From Candidatus Saccharibacteria bacterium oral taxon 488 (GTDB lineage: Bacteria > Patescibacteriota > Saccharimonadia > Saccharimonadales > Saccharimonadaceae): a stretch of DNA of 32,000 bases. The stretch lies in the NCBI GenBank assembly GCA_010202845.1, contig CP047921.1, positions 300,001-332,000 of the forward strand, read 5' to 3'. Numbering within the stretch: the first letter of the stretch is position 1; the number at the start of each line of letters is the position of its first letter. Positions 23,094-31,585 of this stretch are shown here, in pieces. Under the pieces are notes generated by a model. That model was not told where the DNA came from. It searched no databases and worked only from the letters and a program-made list of their open reading frames with translations. The translations under genes and the position numbers were made by a program.

Positions 23094-25061
23094 TTATGGT
23101 TTTTGTTCGGCGGTTGGCGGCTCTGGAGCGGTAAGCGGTGCTGGTGTAGCGGCTTGTTCAGGCGGTGCGGAAGGTATGGCGGATTTGACAGCGGTCGGTT
23201 CAGATGATGTCGTAGGCATCAGCGACAGCGGAGTAAAGTTTGGCGGCGGTACCGGAGGCGTGGCTGATTTAGTGAGGACAGTGGCAGTGGCGTCTGGTTG
23301 CGTGGCGTTGATCGGGACGGTCGGCTGGACAGCGACGGCGGTTGGCGGCTCGGTGGTTAGTGGTGGAGCAGCCGGTGCGGGAGTGGTTGGTAATTGGCGC
23401 ATAGCTTCGTCGGTGCGGGTGCGAGGAATCTCGAGAAAGAAGGTGCTGCCTTTGCGGTATTCGCTGATGACGAATAAGCGCCCAGACATCGCCTCGGTCA
23501 GGCGGCGGCTGAGATACAGGCCGAGGCCGGTGCCACCGATCTCGCGGGTGTCGGAATTGTCGACGCGGTAGAACTTTTGAAAGAGGTGCGGCAGGTCTTC
23601 GGCGGGGATGCCGATGCCGCTATCTTGGACGCTGATGGTGATTGTTTTGTCATCACCAGTGATATCTACAACCACTTCCCCGTCGGGCGTGTATTTGATG
23701 GCGTTTTCGATCAAGTTAGAAACAACTTCGCGGAGGTGATCGGCGTCGACGTTGGCGTAGTAGGCTGGCTGGATGGTGGCAGCGGTGTCCGGGCGGAAGG
23801 TGCAGACGAGGCCTTTTTCGGCGGCACGTGGTGCCAGGCCCTCAAAAATCTCGCCGACGAAGGTGGTGATATTGATAATCTGTGGCTCGTTCTTGAGGCG
23901 TCCGTCTTCGGCGCGGCTGATGTCAAGTAGATCCTGGAACAGTCGACCGAGGTGCTGGGCCGAGGCGTGGGCCTTGGTGATGAAATCGCGCGCCTTGTCG
24001 TCGATGTGGGCGGTGGCTGGGTTGAGGGCCAGGCCGAGATAACCCTCGATGGAGGCAACGGGGGTGCGCATTTCGTGGCTGGCGGTAGAAATGAATTCGG
24101 CTTGCTGGCGCTCCTCGGCTTTTTCCTTGGTGATGTCGCGAAAGACGACGATGATGCCTTCGCTATCTTTACCAACTGGTGAGGCGACGATGGAGACGAG
24201 GATTTGCTTGTCCGAGGCAGTGCGGAGGAGTAATTTGTCGGAGTGTGCCGGCCGATTATTGATCAGTGATTGCATGACCGGGTTTTCGGTGACGGTGACG
24301 TCTTTGCCGTCGGCGGTGACGAGTTGAATGACGCTTTGCCATTTGAGGCCGAGGGCGTCGCCTTGATTCCAGCCGATGATCCGCTGAGCCGAGGGGTTGA
24401 TTAGCTCGATATTGCCCTCGCGCGAGATGGCCAGCACGCCGTCGTCGATAGTATTGATGACAATGTCAGAGGTGCCCTCGGCGGTGGATAGCTTGGTGCG
24501 GAGTTCAGAGATGTCGCCGAGTTTGCTGACGCGCGGCTGATGGCGCCAGATGATAAAGCCAAGAGCTAGTGGCGCCAGGCCAAAAAATAGCGCGCCAATC
24601 GTGGCGATAGGGCTGGCGTGCTGGGTGATGGCGGCAGTGGTGATGGCGGTGACGACGAGGAGGCTGATGCCGAGGACGACGGGCCAGCCAAAGAAGCCGG
24701 CGAACACTGCGGCGCTGAGCCAAGCGGCGGCGAATGGCGAGGCCAAAAAGCCGCTGGTGGCGACGAGCGAGCCGACGGCGAGGATGATTAGGCCGTAGAC
24801 GGCGATGGATACGGCGGTGATGGCTTGTCGTGGTAGCCACAGGCAGAGGATGAGCGCGGTGAGGCTAACAAGAGCGCTGATAGCGGCGGCGAGGTCAGTG
24901 ATGGCTTCGCCGATGGGTAGCCGGTAGCCGGTCGGGATAAAACGCGCCCAAGCATAGAGGAGGACGATGACTAGCCCGACGAACAGAGCCGCCTCGCATA
25001 GTCGCCGCAGCCAAAATCGCGACAATTCACCGACCTGCGAAATATCCCCCGCCCACTTCAT
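23094..25061 (-). CDS. Sensor histidine kinase (multi-TM N-terminus, PAS, HisKA, HATPase_c, Pro-rich C-terminal tail)
   Basis: H-box ASHEMRTPVASI, N-box LIENAIKYT, G-box GTGLGLYLSRRL. PAS-like segment (DDGVLAISREGNIELINPSAQRIIGW). About 100-aa PT-rich tail. Start moved to ATG 25061 (MKWAGDISQ) because TATAAT (25068-25073) lies exactly 6 nt upstream. Confidence 0.9.
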   Translation of the reverse strand: MKWAGDISQVGELSRFWLRRLCEAALFVGLVIVLLYAWARFIPTGYRLPIGEAITDLAAAISALVSLTALILCLWLPRQAITAVSIAVYGLIILAVGSLVATSGFLASPFAAAWLSAAVFAGFFGWPVVLGISLLVVTAITTAAITQHASPIATIGALFFGLAPLALGFIIWRHQPRVSKLGDISELRTKLSTAEGTSDIVINTIDDGVLAISREGNIELINPSAQRIIGWNQGDALGLKWQSVIQLVTADGKDVTVTENPVMQSLINNRPAHSDKLLLRTASDKQILVSIVASPVGKDSEGIIVVFRDITKEKAEERQQAEFISTASHEMRTPVASIEGYLGLALNPATAHIDDKARDFITKAHASAQHLGRLFQDLLDISRAEDGRLKNEPQIINITTFVGEIFEGLAPRAAEKGLVCTFRPDTAATIQPAYYANVDADHLREVVSNLIENAIKYTPDGEVVVDITGDDKTITISVQDSGIGIPAEDLPHLFQKFYRVDNSDTREIGGTGLGLYLSRRLTEAMSGRLFVISEYRKGSTFFLEIPRTRTDEAMRQLPTTPAPAAPPLTTEPPTAVAVQPTVPINATQPDATATVLTKSATPPVPPPNFTPLSLMPTTSSEPTAVKSAIPSAPPEQAATPAPLTAPEPPTAEQKP

Positions 25062-25151
25062 GCTTGTATTATAGACCGAGACGAGCAAAAATGATACCCA
25101 CATTGAGCCACGTCACGGCAGGTACGTATTCAGCTGCCCCGAGAGGTGCAC

Positions 25152-26411
25152 TTAGCCCTTCCCCAAAATCGCCTCGAGCATTTTCATCCGCGAGGCCATG
25201 ATGGCGGGGATGGCACCACTGATGATGGCGACCACTAGCACAACCTCGGCACGGAATAGCAATTCCCACCACGATATGTTGAGCGTCACGTCAGCAATTG
25301 GCAGACTGAACGGATGTGCCACCACATATGGCACCAGCCCACCGAGGAAAATTGCCAAGCCGACCGCTATACCGCACACCGCATAAAATAGCGCCAATAG
25401 GACATAGCTAAAGACGATCACTCGCGGCTTGACGCCAATCGCCCGCTGAATGCCGATTTGCCGCCGCTTGTTGATGATGTCAACGTAAATCACGATGAAG
25501 ATCGTCACCGCCGCAATGATAATGCCGACTATCAGCATAATAGCGTTGAGCGACTGAAAACTACCGGTAATCGTATCCATAACCGTCGCTCCGTCGCGCC
25601 AATCGTGAACGCGCAGGCCCGGATAGTTCAGGTCAGTAAGCGCTCGTTGCACCGACGCCTCCTTGCCGCGGCTGGTGCGCACGACGATCATGCTGGCATC
25701 GTTTTCGCCAGCTGTCAAATGGCTCGGTATGCCGCTGGTGAGCTTGCGCCACAAATCGCGCGAGATGTACGCTTGAATATCTGCATTATAAAACTTTGTC
25801 GAGGTAATACCGCCGACCTTAACGTCGACCTTTTTACCGTTAACATTTATCGTTACCCGATCGCCAACTTTAACCCCCTCGAGCGAACCTCTCTCGAGCA
25901 GCCGGCTACCCAGCACGATCTCGTCGTCACCCACCAAAAACGTTCCGTCCGACACGCGGTTAGCGACCTCCAGGGTTTGGCGAAAGTCTCGTGGATTAAC
26001 GACATTGATCCGAGCCTGTACCTGCTTGTCATCGTTATATCCTAAGACCGCCGGTACAGCCAGGATTTTGTCAGCCGCCGTCACGCCGTCGATGCGTTTG
26101 ATTTCAGCCAGCTTATCATCAACGTTGGTGATGTACTCGCCGGGCTTTTTGACATCAATATAGGCCTCGCCGACCATCAGATTCTTGATCTGCGATTCAA
26201 TCGCCGACGTGACGCCAGCTAGCAGCGACGATATGAAGGCCAGATTGATGAATGCCACCGCCACCAGCAGCGTCGTCAGGCCCAGCGTCCACTTACGGCC
26301 GCGCACGATGTACTGCCGCATCAATCGCCAGCCTAGCAAGAACTCGCGCCACAGATTGTTCTTGGGCTGGCGTGGCGTTTGCGTTTCCTGCGTTTTGCGA
26401 GCCTGGCTCAT
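25152..26411 (-). CDS. FtsX-family (MacB/LolC-like) ABC transporter permease
   Basis: 419 aa. TM1, a ~230-aa external domain and three C-terminal TMs, with INKRRQIGIQRAIGVKPRVIVFSYVLLALFYA. ATGA overlap with the ATPase gene. Confidence 0.85.
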   Translation of the reverse strand: MSQARKTQETQTPRQPKNNLWREFLLGWRLMRQYIVRGRKWTLGLTTLLVAVAFINLAFISSLLAGVTSAIESQIKNLMVGEAYIDVKKPGEYITNVDDKLAEIKRIDGVTAADKILAVPAVLGYNDDKQVQARINVVNPRDFRQTLEVANRVSDGTFLVGDDEIVLGSRLLERGSLEGVKVGDRVTINVNGKKVDVKVGGITSTKFYNADIQAYISRDLWRKLTSGIPSHLTAGENDASMIVVRTSRGKEASVQRALTDLNYPGLRVHDWRDGATVMDTITGSFQSLNAIMLIVGIIIAAVTIFIVIYVDIINKRRQIGIQRAIGVKPRVIVFSYVLLALFYAVCGIAVGLAIFLGGLVPYVVAHPFSLPIADVTLNISWWELLFRAEVVLVVAIISGAIPAIMASRMKMLEAILGKG

Positions 26412-27130
26412 AGTAGCCTCCCGGCTGAAGGTTTGCGCTCGCCTTTTAGTTTGCCGTTTTCAAACACGATTTGCCGCTTGGCATAGGCTAGCTCATCAGC
26501 TTCATGCGAGATCATCACCAAGGTTATGCCGCTGGCATTAATTTCCTTCAATGTTTCCATGACATTTGTTGAGGCAACCGTATCTAGGTTAGCCGTCGGC
26601 TCGTCGGCAAAGATAATGTGCGGCTCATTGACCAGAGCCCGGGCAATCGCCACGCGCTGCTGTTCGCCGCCAGATAATTGCGATGGCAGATGGCGCGCTC
26701 TGTCCTTCAAACCAACACGATCCAGTTCGTGCAAGGCTTTTTGTCGGGCAATCTTCGCCGAGCACCACATCAGCCGCGGCAACATGACGTTTTCTAGGGC
26801 GGTGAGCTCACGAATCAGGGCGTACTCTTGAAAAATATAGCCAACTTGGCGCAGGCGCAGTTCAATTCGCTGTTTTTCTGGTAGCTGAGTGATCTCTATC
26901 GCCGGTGTCTCGTCACCCCTACTATCAAACCAAATCGTGCCGCTATCAGGGCGATCTAGCATCGCCACCTGATGCATAAAGGTCGATTTGCCCGAACCAT
27001 TGCGCCCCGTGATCATCAGAAAATCGCCGTGACGAATCGAAAAACTGACGTCCTTGAGCGCACGCGTGGCACTATCACCCGAACCGTACGTCTTGCTGAG
27101 ATGCTCAATGGTAAGAATTTCGCGGGCCAT
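26408..27130 (-). CDS. ABC transporter ATP-binding protein (MacB/LolD-like)
   Basis: Walker [10 protein letters not shown], signature [15 protein letters not shown], Walker [10 protein letters not shown]-loop MISHE. Start moved to ATG 27130 ([11 protein letters not shown]). TATACT at 27137-27142 lies exactly 6 nt upstream. Confidence 0.9.
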   Translation of the reverse strand: MAREILTIEHLSKTYGSGDSATRALKDVSFSIRHGDFLMITGRNGSGKSTFMHQVAMLDRPDSGTIWFDSRGDETPAIEITQLPEKQRIELRLRQVGYIFQEYALIRELTALENVMLPRLMWCSAKIARQKALHELDRVGLKDRARHLPSQLSGGEQQRVAIARALVNEPHIIFADEPTANLDTVASTNVMETLKEINASGITLVMISHEADELAYAKRQIVFENGKLKGERKPSAGRLL

Positions 27131-27184
27131 AGTATCAGTATAGCGCGCGGTGGGGCGCCGCTTCAAGCCGAGATCCCGAAAAAC

Positions 27185-27688
27185 CTACCACAGTTTTGTT
27201 ATCATTTCTACTTCGCGGGCCGTAAGACCATATTTTTCATAGAACGCTATGGCGGGCTGATTGCCGCTCAGCACTTTTAGCCGCAAGGTATCGCAATTTT
27301 TACTCTGGAAATAGCGCTTCATTTCGTCCAGCAAGGCTCGCCCGATACCGCTGCCGCGCTGTTCTGGCTCGACATAGAGCAGCCCGATCCAGCCGTCTTT
27401 TCGCGGCTCATGCACCGCATCGAAAACGGCGTCCTGACCAGGCCGATGATCAATAATCACGCCCTGAATAAAGCCGACCACCTGGCCATTCTCCTCGGCA
27501 ACATACATCGCGCCGTTCATATCCTCGCTATCGTCAATCATCCGCTGCATATAGCCGTGCGCGTCTCGCGGGCTAGCGAACGGCAGCGATTCCGCTGTAT
27601 CGTCAACCTGCGCAAAATGTGCGTGCAGTTTGATCGCCAGCTCATCGATTGCGGTACGGTCTTTGGGGTGGAAGGGGCGGATTGTCAT
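27185..27688 (-). CDS. GNAT-family N-acetyltransferase
   Basis: 167 aa. LLYVEPEQRGSGIGRALLDEMKRYFQSKNCDTLRLKVLSGNQPAIAFYEKYGL is the acetyl-CoA-binding core. TATGAT lies exactly 6 nt upstream of the ATG. Confidence 0.85.
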   Translation of the reverse strand: MTIRPFHPKDRTAIDELAIKLHAHFAQVDDTAESLPFASPRDAHGYMQRMIDDSEDMNGAMYVAEENGQVVGFIQGVIIDHRPGQDAVFDAVHEPRKDGWIGLLYVEPEQRGSGIGRALLDEMKRYFQSKNCDTLRLKVLSGNQPAIAFYEKYGLTAREVEMITKLW

Positions 27689-27847
27689 AATGAAATCATA
27701 CTATGGTGGAGTATCAATGGCAAAACTCATGTTGTCGCTAAAAAGGCTCACCTAACTAGAACGATTTGATTTTTATTCTTTAGCAAAAATCAATTATTAT
27801 ATCATTGTATATAATTTTTTAATTGTTTTACTAGGGATGAATTTGAT

Positions 27848-28237
27848 TTATTCCCAAAACTTATCTTCTTCGTCTTGTTGTTCTGCAAAAGTCCACACTT
27901 CTTGTATCTTGCCATTATCTATTTTGAATAGGTCAATACCCGGGTCATTTAGTTTTTCACCTTCTTTTTCAGCTAAAGAAACGACACTGGCAGCCACAAA
28001 ACAGTCATTACTTGCAGCCCAATTTGTAATTACTCTAAATGTACCATTACTTCTTTTGATAAATTCTCCTAGACGCTCTCCTAGCGCCTGTTTTCCTTTA
28101 ACAATTCCTGAAAGTGGACCCTCTCCTCCCATGTGCCATACAATATCATCGGACATCGTTTCAAAAACTGCTTCAACGTCTCCCTTTGATAATGCTTCTG
28201 TATAAGCATTAAATACTTTCATGACCTCATTTTTCAT
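27848..28237 (-). CDS. SnoaL/NTF2-like (ketosteroid-isomerase-fold) protein
   Basis: Start moved to ATG 28237 (MKNEVMKVFNAYTEALSKGDVEAVFETMSDDIVWHMGG...DLFKIDNGKIQEVWTF), with AAGGAG 7 nt upstream. AT-rich, unlike its neighbours. Confidence 0.75.
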   Translation of the reverse strand: MKNEVMKVFNAYTEALSKGDVEAVFETMSDDIVWHMGGEGPLSGIVKGKQALGERLGEFIKRSNGTFRVITNWAASNDCFVAASVVSLAEKEGEKLNDPGIDLFKIDNGKIQEVWTFAEQQDEEDKFWE

Positions 28238-28367
28238 AGCTGTTCTCCTTTCATTTTTTGAGAAATGTTTTTCTCTTACTGTCACTATACATTACGACTC
28301 AGAAACTTTTACAAAGAAAACGGGCGATTATAATCTTATATCACCCAAGTGCAGGTATGAAAAGGTT

Positions 28368-28442
28368 TGGTGACCCTACCGGGAATCGAACCCGGGTTGC
28401 TGGGATGAGAACCCAGTGTCCTAACCGCTAGACGATAGGGCC
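28368..28442 (-). tRNA. tRNA-Glu (anticodon CUC), CCA encoded
   Basis: Minus strand folded by hand: GGCCCTA TC GTCT AGCGGTTA GGAC A CTGGG TTCTCAT CCCAG CAAC CCGGG TTCGATT CCCGG TAGGGTC A CCA. 7-bp acceptor stem (one G:U), T-loop TTCGATT, anticodon loop TT-CTC-AT, 75 nt. Confidence 0.93.
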
Positions 28443-28461
28443 GCGTTAAAGCTACCGGGTC

Positions 28462-28490
28462 ATTATAGCATGGTTAGCCGGGGGTGTCTA
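28462..28490 (-). promoter_or_regulatory. tRNA-Glu promoter candidate (TAGACA-17-TATAAT)
   Basis: TATAAT is the reverse complement of 28462-28467. TAGACA is the reverse complement of 28485-28490 and overlaps the stop codon of the upstream regulator gene. Confidence 0.5.
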
Positions 28491-28862
28491 GCCCATCTTG
28501 TTGACGACGTCGATCAGCTTGCGGGGCGTGATGTCGGCCTTGATGAGGTAGCCGTCAACGCGGTTCATGATGGCGGATTTGGTGGCGTCGTCCTGCTCAA
28601 AGTTAGTCATGATGAGGATTTTACTGTTGGGAATCAGGTCGGTATCATCAGAGCGCAGAGCGTCCAAGATTTGGTCGCCGCGCTGTTCAGGTAGCATTAG
28701 ATCAAGGATGATCAAGTCAAACGGCTGACTCCGGGCCATGACTAGCCCGTCATTACCATCGACCACCCACGTCACGTCATAGCCAGCTTTTTGCAGGCTA
28801 CGCACATACATCTCGCCGATAAAGCGGTCGTCCTCAACGCACAAGATTGTTTTGATCGCCAT
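28488..28862 (-). CDS. Single-domain (CheY-like) response regulator
   Basis: 124 aa, receiver domain only (LCVEDD, IILDLMLP, IMTNF, YLIKA). GGAGGG SD. Confidence 0.9.
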   Translation of the reverse strand: MAIKTILCVEDDRFIGEMYVRSLQKAGYDVTWVVDGNDGLVMARSQPFDLIILDLMLPEQRGDQILDALRSDDTDLIPNSKILIMTNFEQDDATKSAIMNRVDGYLIKADITPRKLIDVVNKMG

Positions 28863-28874
28863 ACTTCCCTCCTC

Positions 28875-30386
28875 TTATCCTCGATACATAGCGTGATTTT
28901 TTATCCAGCCACCGCCCTGGCGGATCAGATTGCGATTGAGCTGTCCGTCCTCGAGCAGCTTGTCCTTGACGGCGGCGTACACCGGCACGGTAAACGAAAA
29001 GACCGAGCCTTCGTTCTCTTTGGAGCGAGCGGTGATGTGGCCGCCGTGACTCTCAATAAAGGCCTTGCAGATATAGAGGCCGATGCCGGTGCCGGAGACG
29101 GTTTCGCGGCTGCGGTGCGAGCGGTAGAATTTGTGAAATAGATTTTTGACGACGCTCGGTGGCATGCCGACGCCGTTGTCGGTGACGGAGACTTCGATAA
29201 AATCGCCTTTTTGTTCGGCGTTGACAGAGACGGTGCCGCCCTCAAAGCTGTACTTGATGGCGTTATCGATGAGGTTGGAGATGACTTCGCTGATGCTGGA
29301 GCGGTCGGCAGCGACGGTCGGTAGGTCGCTTGGGATGCTGATGTTGAGCAAGCGGTGCTGCGTCGATGCGCGCAGCTGCATGTCGTCGGCGATCGAGCCA
29401 TAGATGTCAGAAAGCGAGTCCTCGGCAAGGTGGATGCTGAGGTGGTGGCGGTCGAACTTGGCGACGTTGAGAATGTTATTGATATAACCAGATAGGCGGT
29501 TGGCAGAGACCGTCAGTCGCGCCAGCAGCTGCGGTTCGTCACCCTTGAGTCGGCCGGCCAGCTCCTCGGCGAGGACGTCGAGATAACCGCGGATGATGGT
29601 GATCGGGCCGCGGAGTTCGTGGGCGGCGAAAGAGATGAAATTGAGGTCTTCTTCCTCGGGCAGATATTGGGCTGAGCGGTCGATGAGGACGATGACGGTC
29701 TCGCCGGGTGCGTCTTTTTGGTAGGAGGCGATGATGTCAAAGAAGCGAGTTTTTTTGAAGGCACCGTTGGTAGTGGCGACATGGCGCCAGGTCCGCTCGG
29801 CGGAGACTTGGCGGGCGTCAGCGTCGCTGAGCCAGGCGTCGAGCGACTGCTCGTTGAGAAAATCCAGCGCCAGATACGGCTGGCCGTCGGCGTCAGTGGC
29901 AATTGGTGCAGCCTTGTTGGCGGAGATGATGCGTTTGGCGGGGTCAAGGACGATGATGCCGCAGCTGGTGTGATTGAGCGCTTGGGTCAGTAGCGCGTCG
30001 GGGCTTGGCGGTGGTGCGGGTTGAGTCGGCTCGTCGTAGATGAGTTCAAGGACGGTCTTGAAGCCGGTTTTGGCGTGTTGCTCGGCGTTCGGGTTTGGTA
30101 GCGGCGTGGTGGTGCGCTCGCCGCGTTTATGGATCAGGGCGGTCAAGATATCATCAAGCGGCCGACCGGCAATGATGATCAACATGGTCGAAAAAAGACT
30201 GCCGACGATGAAAATCGTACCAGTGATTAGCCAGAACGCTGGGTGACTCCACGAGGTGACGCTGGTGACACTGAGAATCACACCGCCGATGAGCGCTACG
30301 GCTGCCTGCCCGGCCAGTGTGCAAGCGAACAACATGCGCCGGTGGTATCGTCGAAAGCTGCAAATTGACGTGCCGCCAGCTATCAT
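28875..30386 (-). CDS. Sensor histidine kinase (2 TM with minimal loop, PAS-like, HisKA, HATPase_c)
   Basis: H-box AAHELRGPITII, N-box LIDNAIKYS, G-box GTGIGLYICKAF. Start set to ATG 30386, which forms an ATGA overlap with the stop of the upstream gene. The track start at 30431 lies inside that gene. Confidence 0.88.
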   Translation of the reverse strand: MIAGGTSICSFRRYHRRMLFACTLAGQAAVALIGGVILSVTSVTSWSHPAFWLITGTIFIVGSLFSTMLIIIAGRPLDDILTALIHKRGERTTTPLPNPNAEQHAKTGFKTVLELIYDEPTQPAPPPSPDALLTQALNHTSCGIIVLDPAKRIISANKAAPIATDADGQPYLALDFLNEQSLDAWLSDADARQVSAERTWRHVATTNGAFKKTRFFDIIASYQKDAPGETVIVLIDRSAQYLPEEEDLNFISFAAHELRGPITIIRGYLDVLAEELAGRLKGDEPQLLARLTVSANRLSGYINNILNVAKFDRHHLSIHLAEDSLSDIYGSIADDMQLRASTQHRLLNISIPSDLPTVAADRSSISEVISNLIDNAIKYSFEGGTVSVNAEQKGDFIEVSVTDNGVGMPPSVVKNLFHKFYRSHRSRETVSGTGIGLYICKAFIESHGGHITARSKENEGSVFSFTVPVYAAVKDKLLEDGQLNRNLIRQGGGWIKNHAMYRG

Positions 30387-31522
30387 CGCCACGTGACGGA
30401 TCCCCGCCCGGGCGTAAAGACGCCGATCCATGTTTGGCCGCGATTCAGGGTAAAGTCTTTACCATTTTCATCAAGCAGTTTGAGCGGTGCGGTGAGACTG
30501 TCTTTCTTCCAGGTGGCAGCCGTAGCGGTACCGTTTTGGAAGACGGTCGCCTTGCCCGAGCCAATGGTGACGGTGTCCTCGTAGCCATCTGGCCCGACGC
30601 GTCGCTCGAGCGGTGCTTCGAGAGCAATGACGACGCGTGGGGCGATCTGGCCGCCTTCCCGATCGGCGTGCGGCGCGCCAGCTAGCGAGCGTTTATAGGT
30701 GTTGGTTGCCTTGTTATAAGCATAGGCGGTGTTGTAGGTGGCGCCGCTAAAATTGAGCTGGATGGTAGTGGCGTTCGGTGTTTCGGCCGGTTTGCCATCA
30801 CCGCGCTTGAAGCCGGTAAATGATGACTCTTTGAAGCCTTTAGCGGCGTTGAGGGCATCAAGTTTCTCACCGGATGTGTAGACATTGTGTGGGGCGCGGC
30901 GGTCGCTGGCCCGCCAATAACTGCCGCCGTTAAAGAATTGGTCGATGTCGCGGTAGCCGCTGCTGCGGACGGTGTCGAGGGCGTTTGAGCTGCCGCCAAC
31001 ATGGGCGATGGAGGCTTGGTATTGTGCCCCCCAGCTGAGGTAATAGAGGCGAAGGCTACGGACTGGGCCGATGAGGGCTGGCTTGGCGCCCTGATAGACA
31101 GCGAGGAAGCGCGTGATGCCGCCCTCGGCAACCGCCTCGTAGACAATGCCAGCTCTTGATAAGCCGGACTGTGGGCGAGCGTCGGGACTGTTCTCGATCA
31201 TGACACCAGTGACGGGTTGCTTGGTGGCCGCTTCATCAGCGACCTCGAGGCCGGTGAGCGGTGAGTAGAATTTGGTTGGCTTTTTCTTGGCAGTGAAGAA
31301 CGGTAGACCGCCGTCGTGCTGGACAGAATTGATAGCGACGATGAAAATACCAGCGATAACCAGCGAGGCGGTGATGAGGACAATCGCCCACAAGTGCTTT
31401 TTACACCATTGGGCAAACGAGCGTTTTTTGGCCGGGGCGTTTGGTGATGCCGGCTCAAGTTTAGCTGATTTTACCGTCGGTTTTTTGGCCGCGGTGGCTG
31501 GGCGAGGATTCTTGATGTGCAT
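30383..31522 (-). CDS. DUF3048-domain membrane-anchored protein (YerB-like)
   Basis: N-terminal TM anchor, then SPLTGLEVADEAATKQPVTGVMIENSPDARPQSGLSRAGIVYEAVAEGGITRFLAVYQ, the DUF3048 signature. TATACT at 31529-31534 lies exactly 6 nt upstream of the ATG. Confidence 0.8.
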   Translation of the reverse strand: MHIKNPRPATAAKKPTVKSAKLEPASPNAPAKKRSFAQWCKKHLWAIVLITASLVIAGIFIVAINSVQHDGGLPFFTAKKKPTKFYSPLTGLEVADEAATKQPVTGVMIENSPDARPQSGLSRAGIVYEAVAEGGITRFLAVYQGAKPALIGPVRSLRLYYLSWGAQYQASIAHVGGSSNALDTVRSSGYRDIDQFFNGGSYWRASDRRAPHNVYTSGEKLDALNAAKGFKESSFTGFKRGDGKPAETPNATTIQLNFSGATYNTAYAYNKATNTYKRSLAGAPHADREGGQIAPRVVIALEAPLERRVGPDGYEDTVTIGSGKATVFQNGTATAATWKKDSLTAPLKLLDENGKDFTLNRGQTWIGVFTPGRGSVTWR

Positions 31523-31585
31523 GGGTTTAGTATAGCATAAGCGACATGCGGTGGTAAACGGAGCAGTGTGCTGGCCAGTTGGTGT

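Noticed and set aside
21641-23571. Many 60-240-aa ORFs on both strands inside the Pro/Thr-rich tails (for example 21667-22389 +, 240 aa, Gly/Ser/Val-rich, and 23017-23571 +)
   Set aside because: These are compositional artefacts. The GC-rich, stop-poor PT-coding sequence stays open in several frames. The receiver-domain and kinase frames carry the real motifs.
27185-27688. The GNAT as a TacT/AtaT-type toxin of a toxin-antitoxin pair
   Set aside because: No small RHH/DUF1778-type antitoxin ORF is adjacent. The gene stands alone with its own leaderless promoter.
28925-29428. 167-aa alternative-frame ORF inside histidine kinase 3
   Set aside because: It overlaps the kinase frame that carries the H, N and G boxes. 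Its product is low-complexity Ser/Thr/Ala/Pro-rich.
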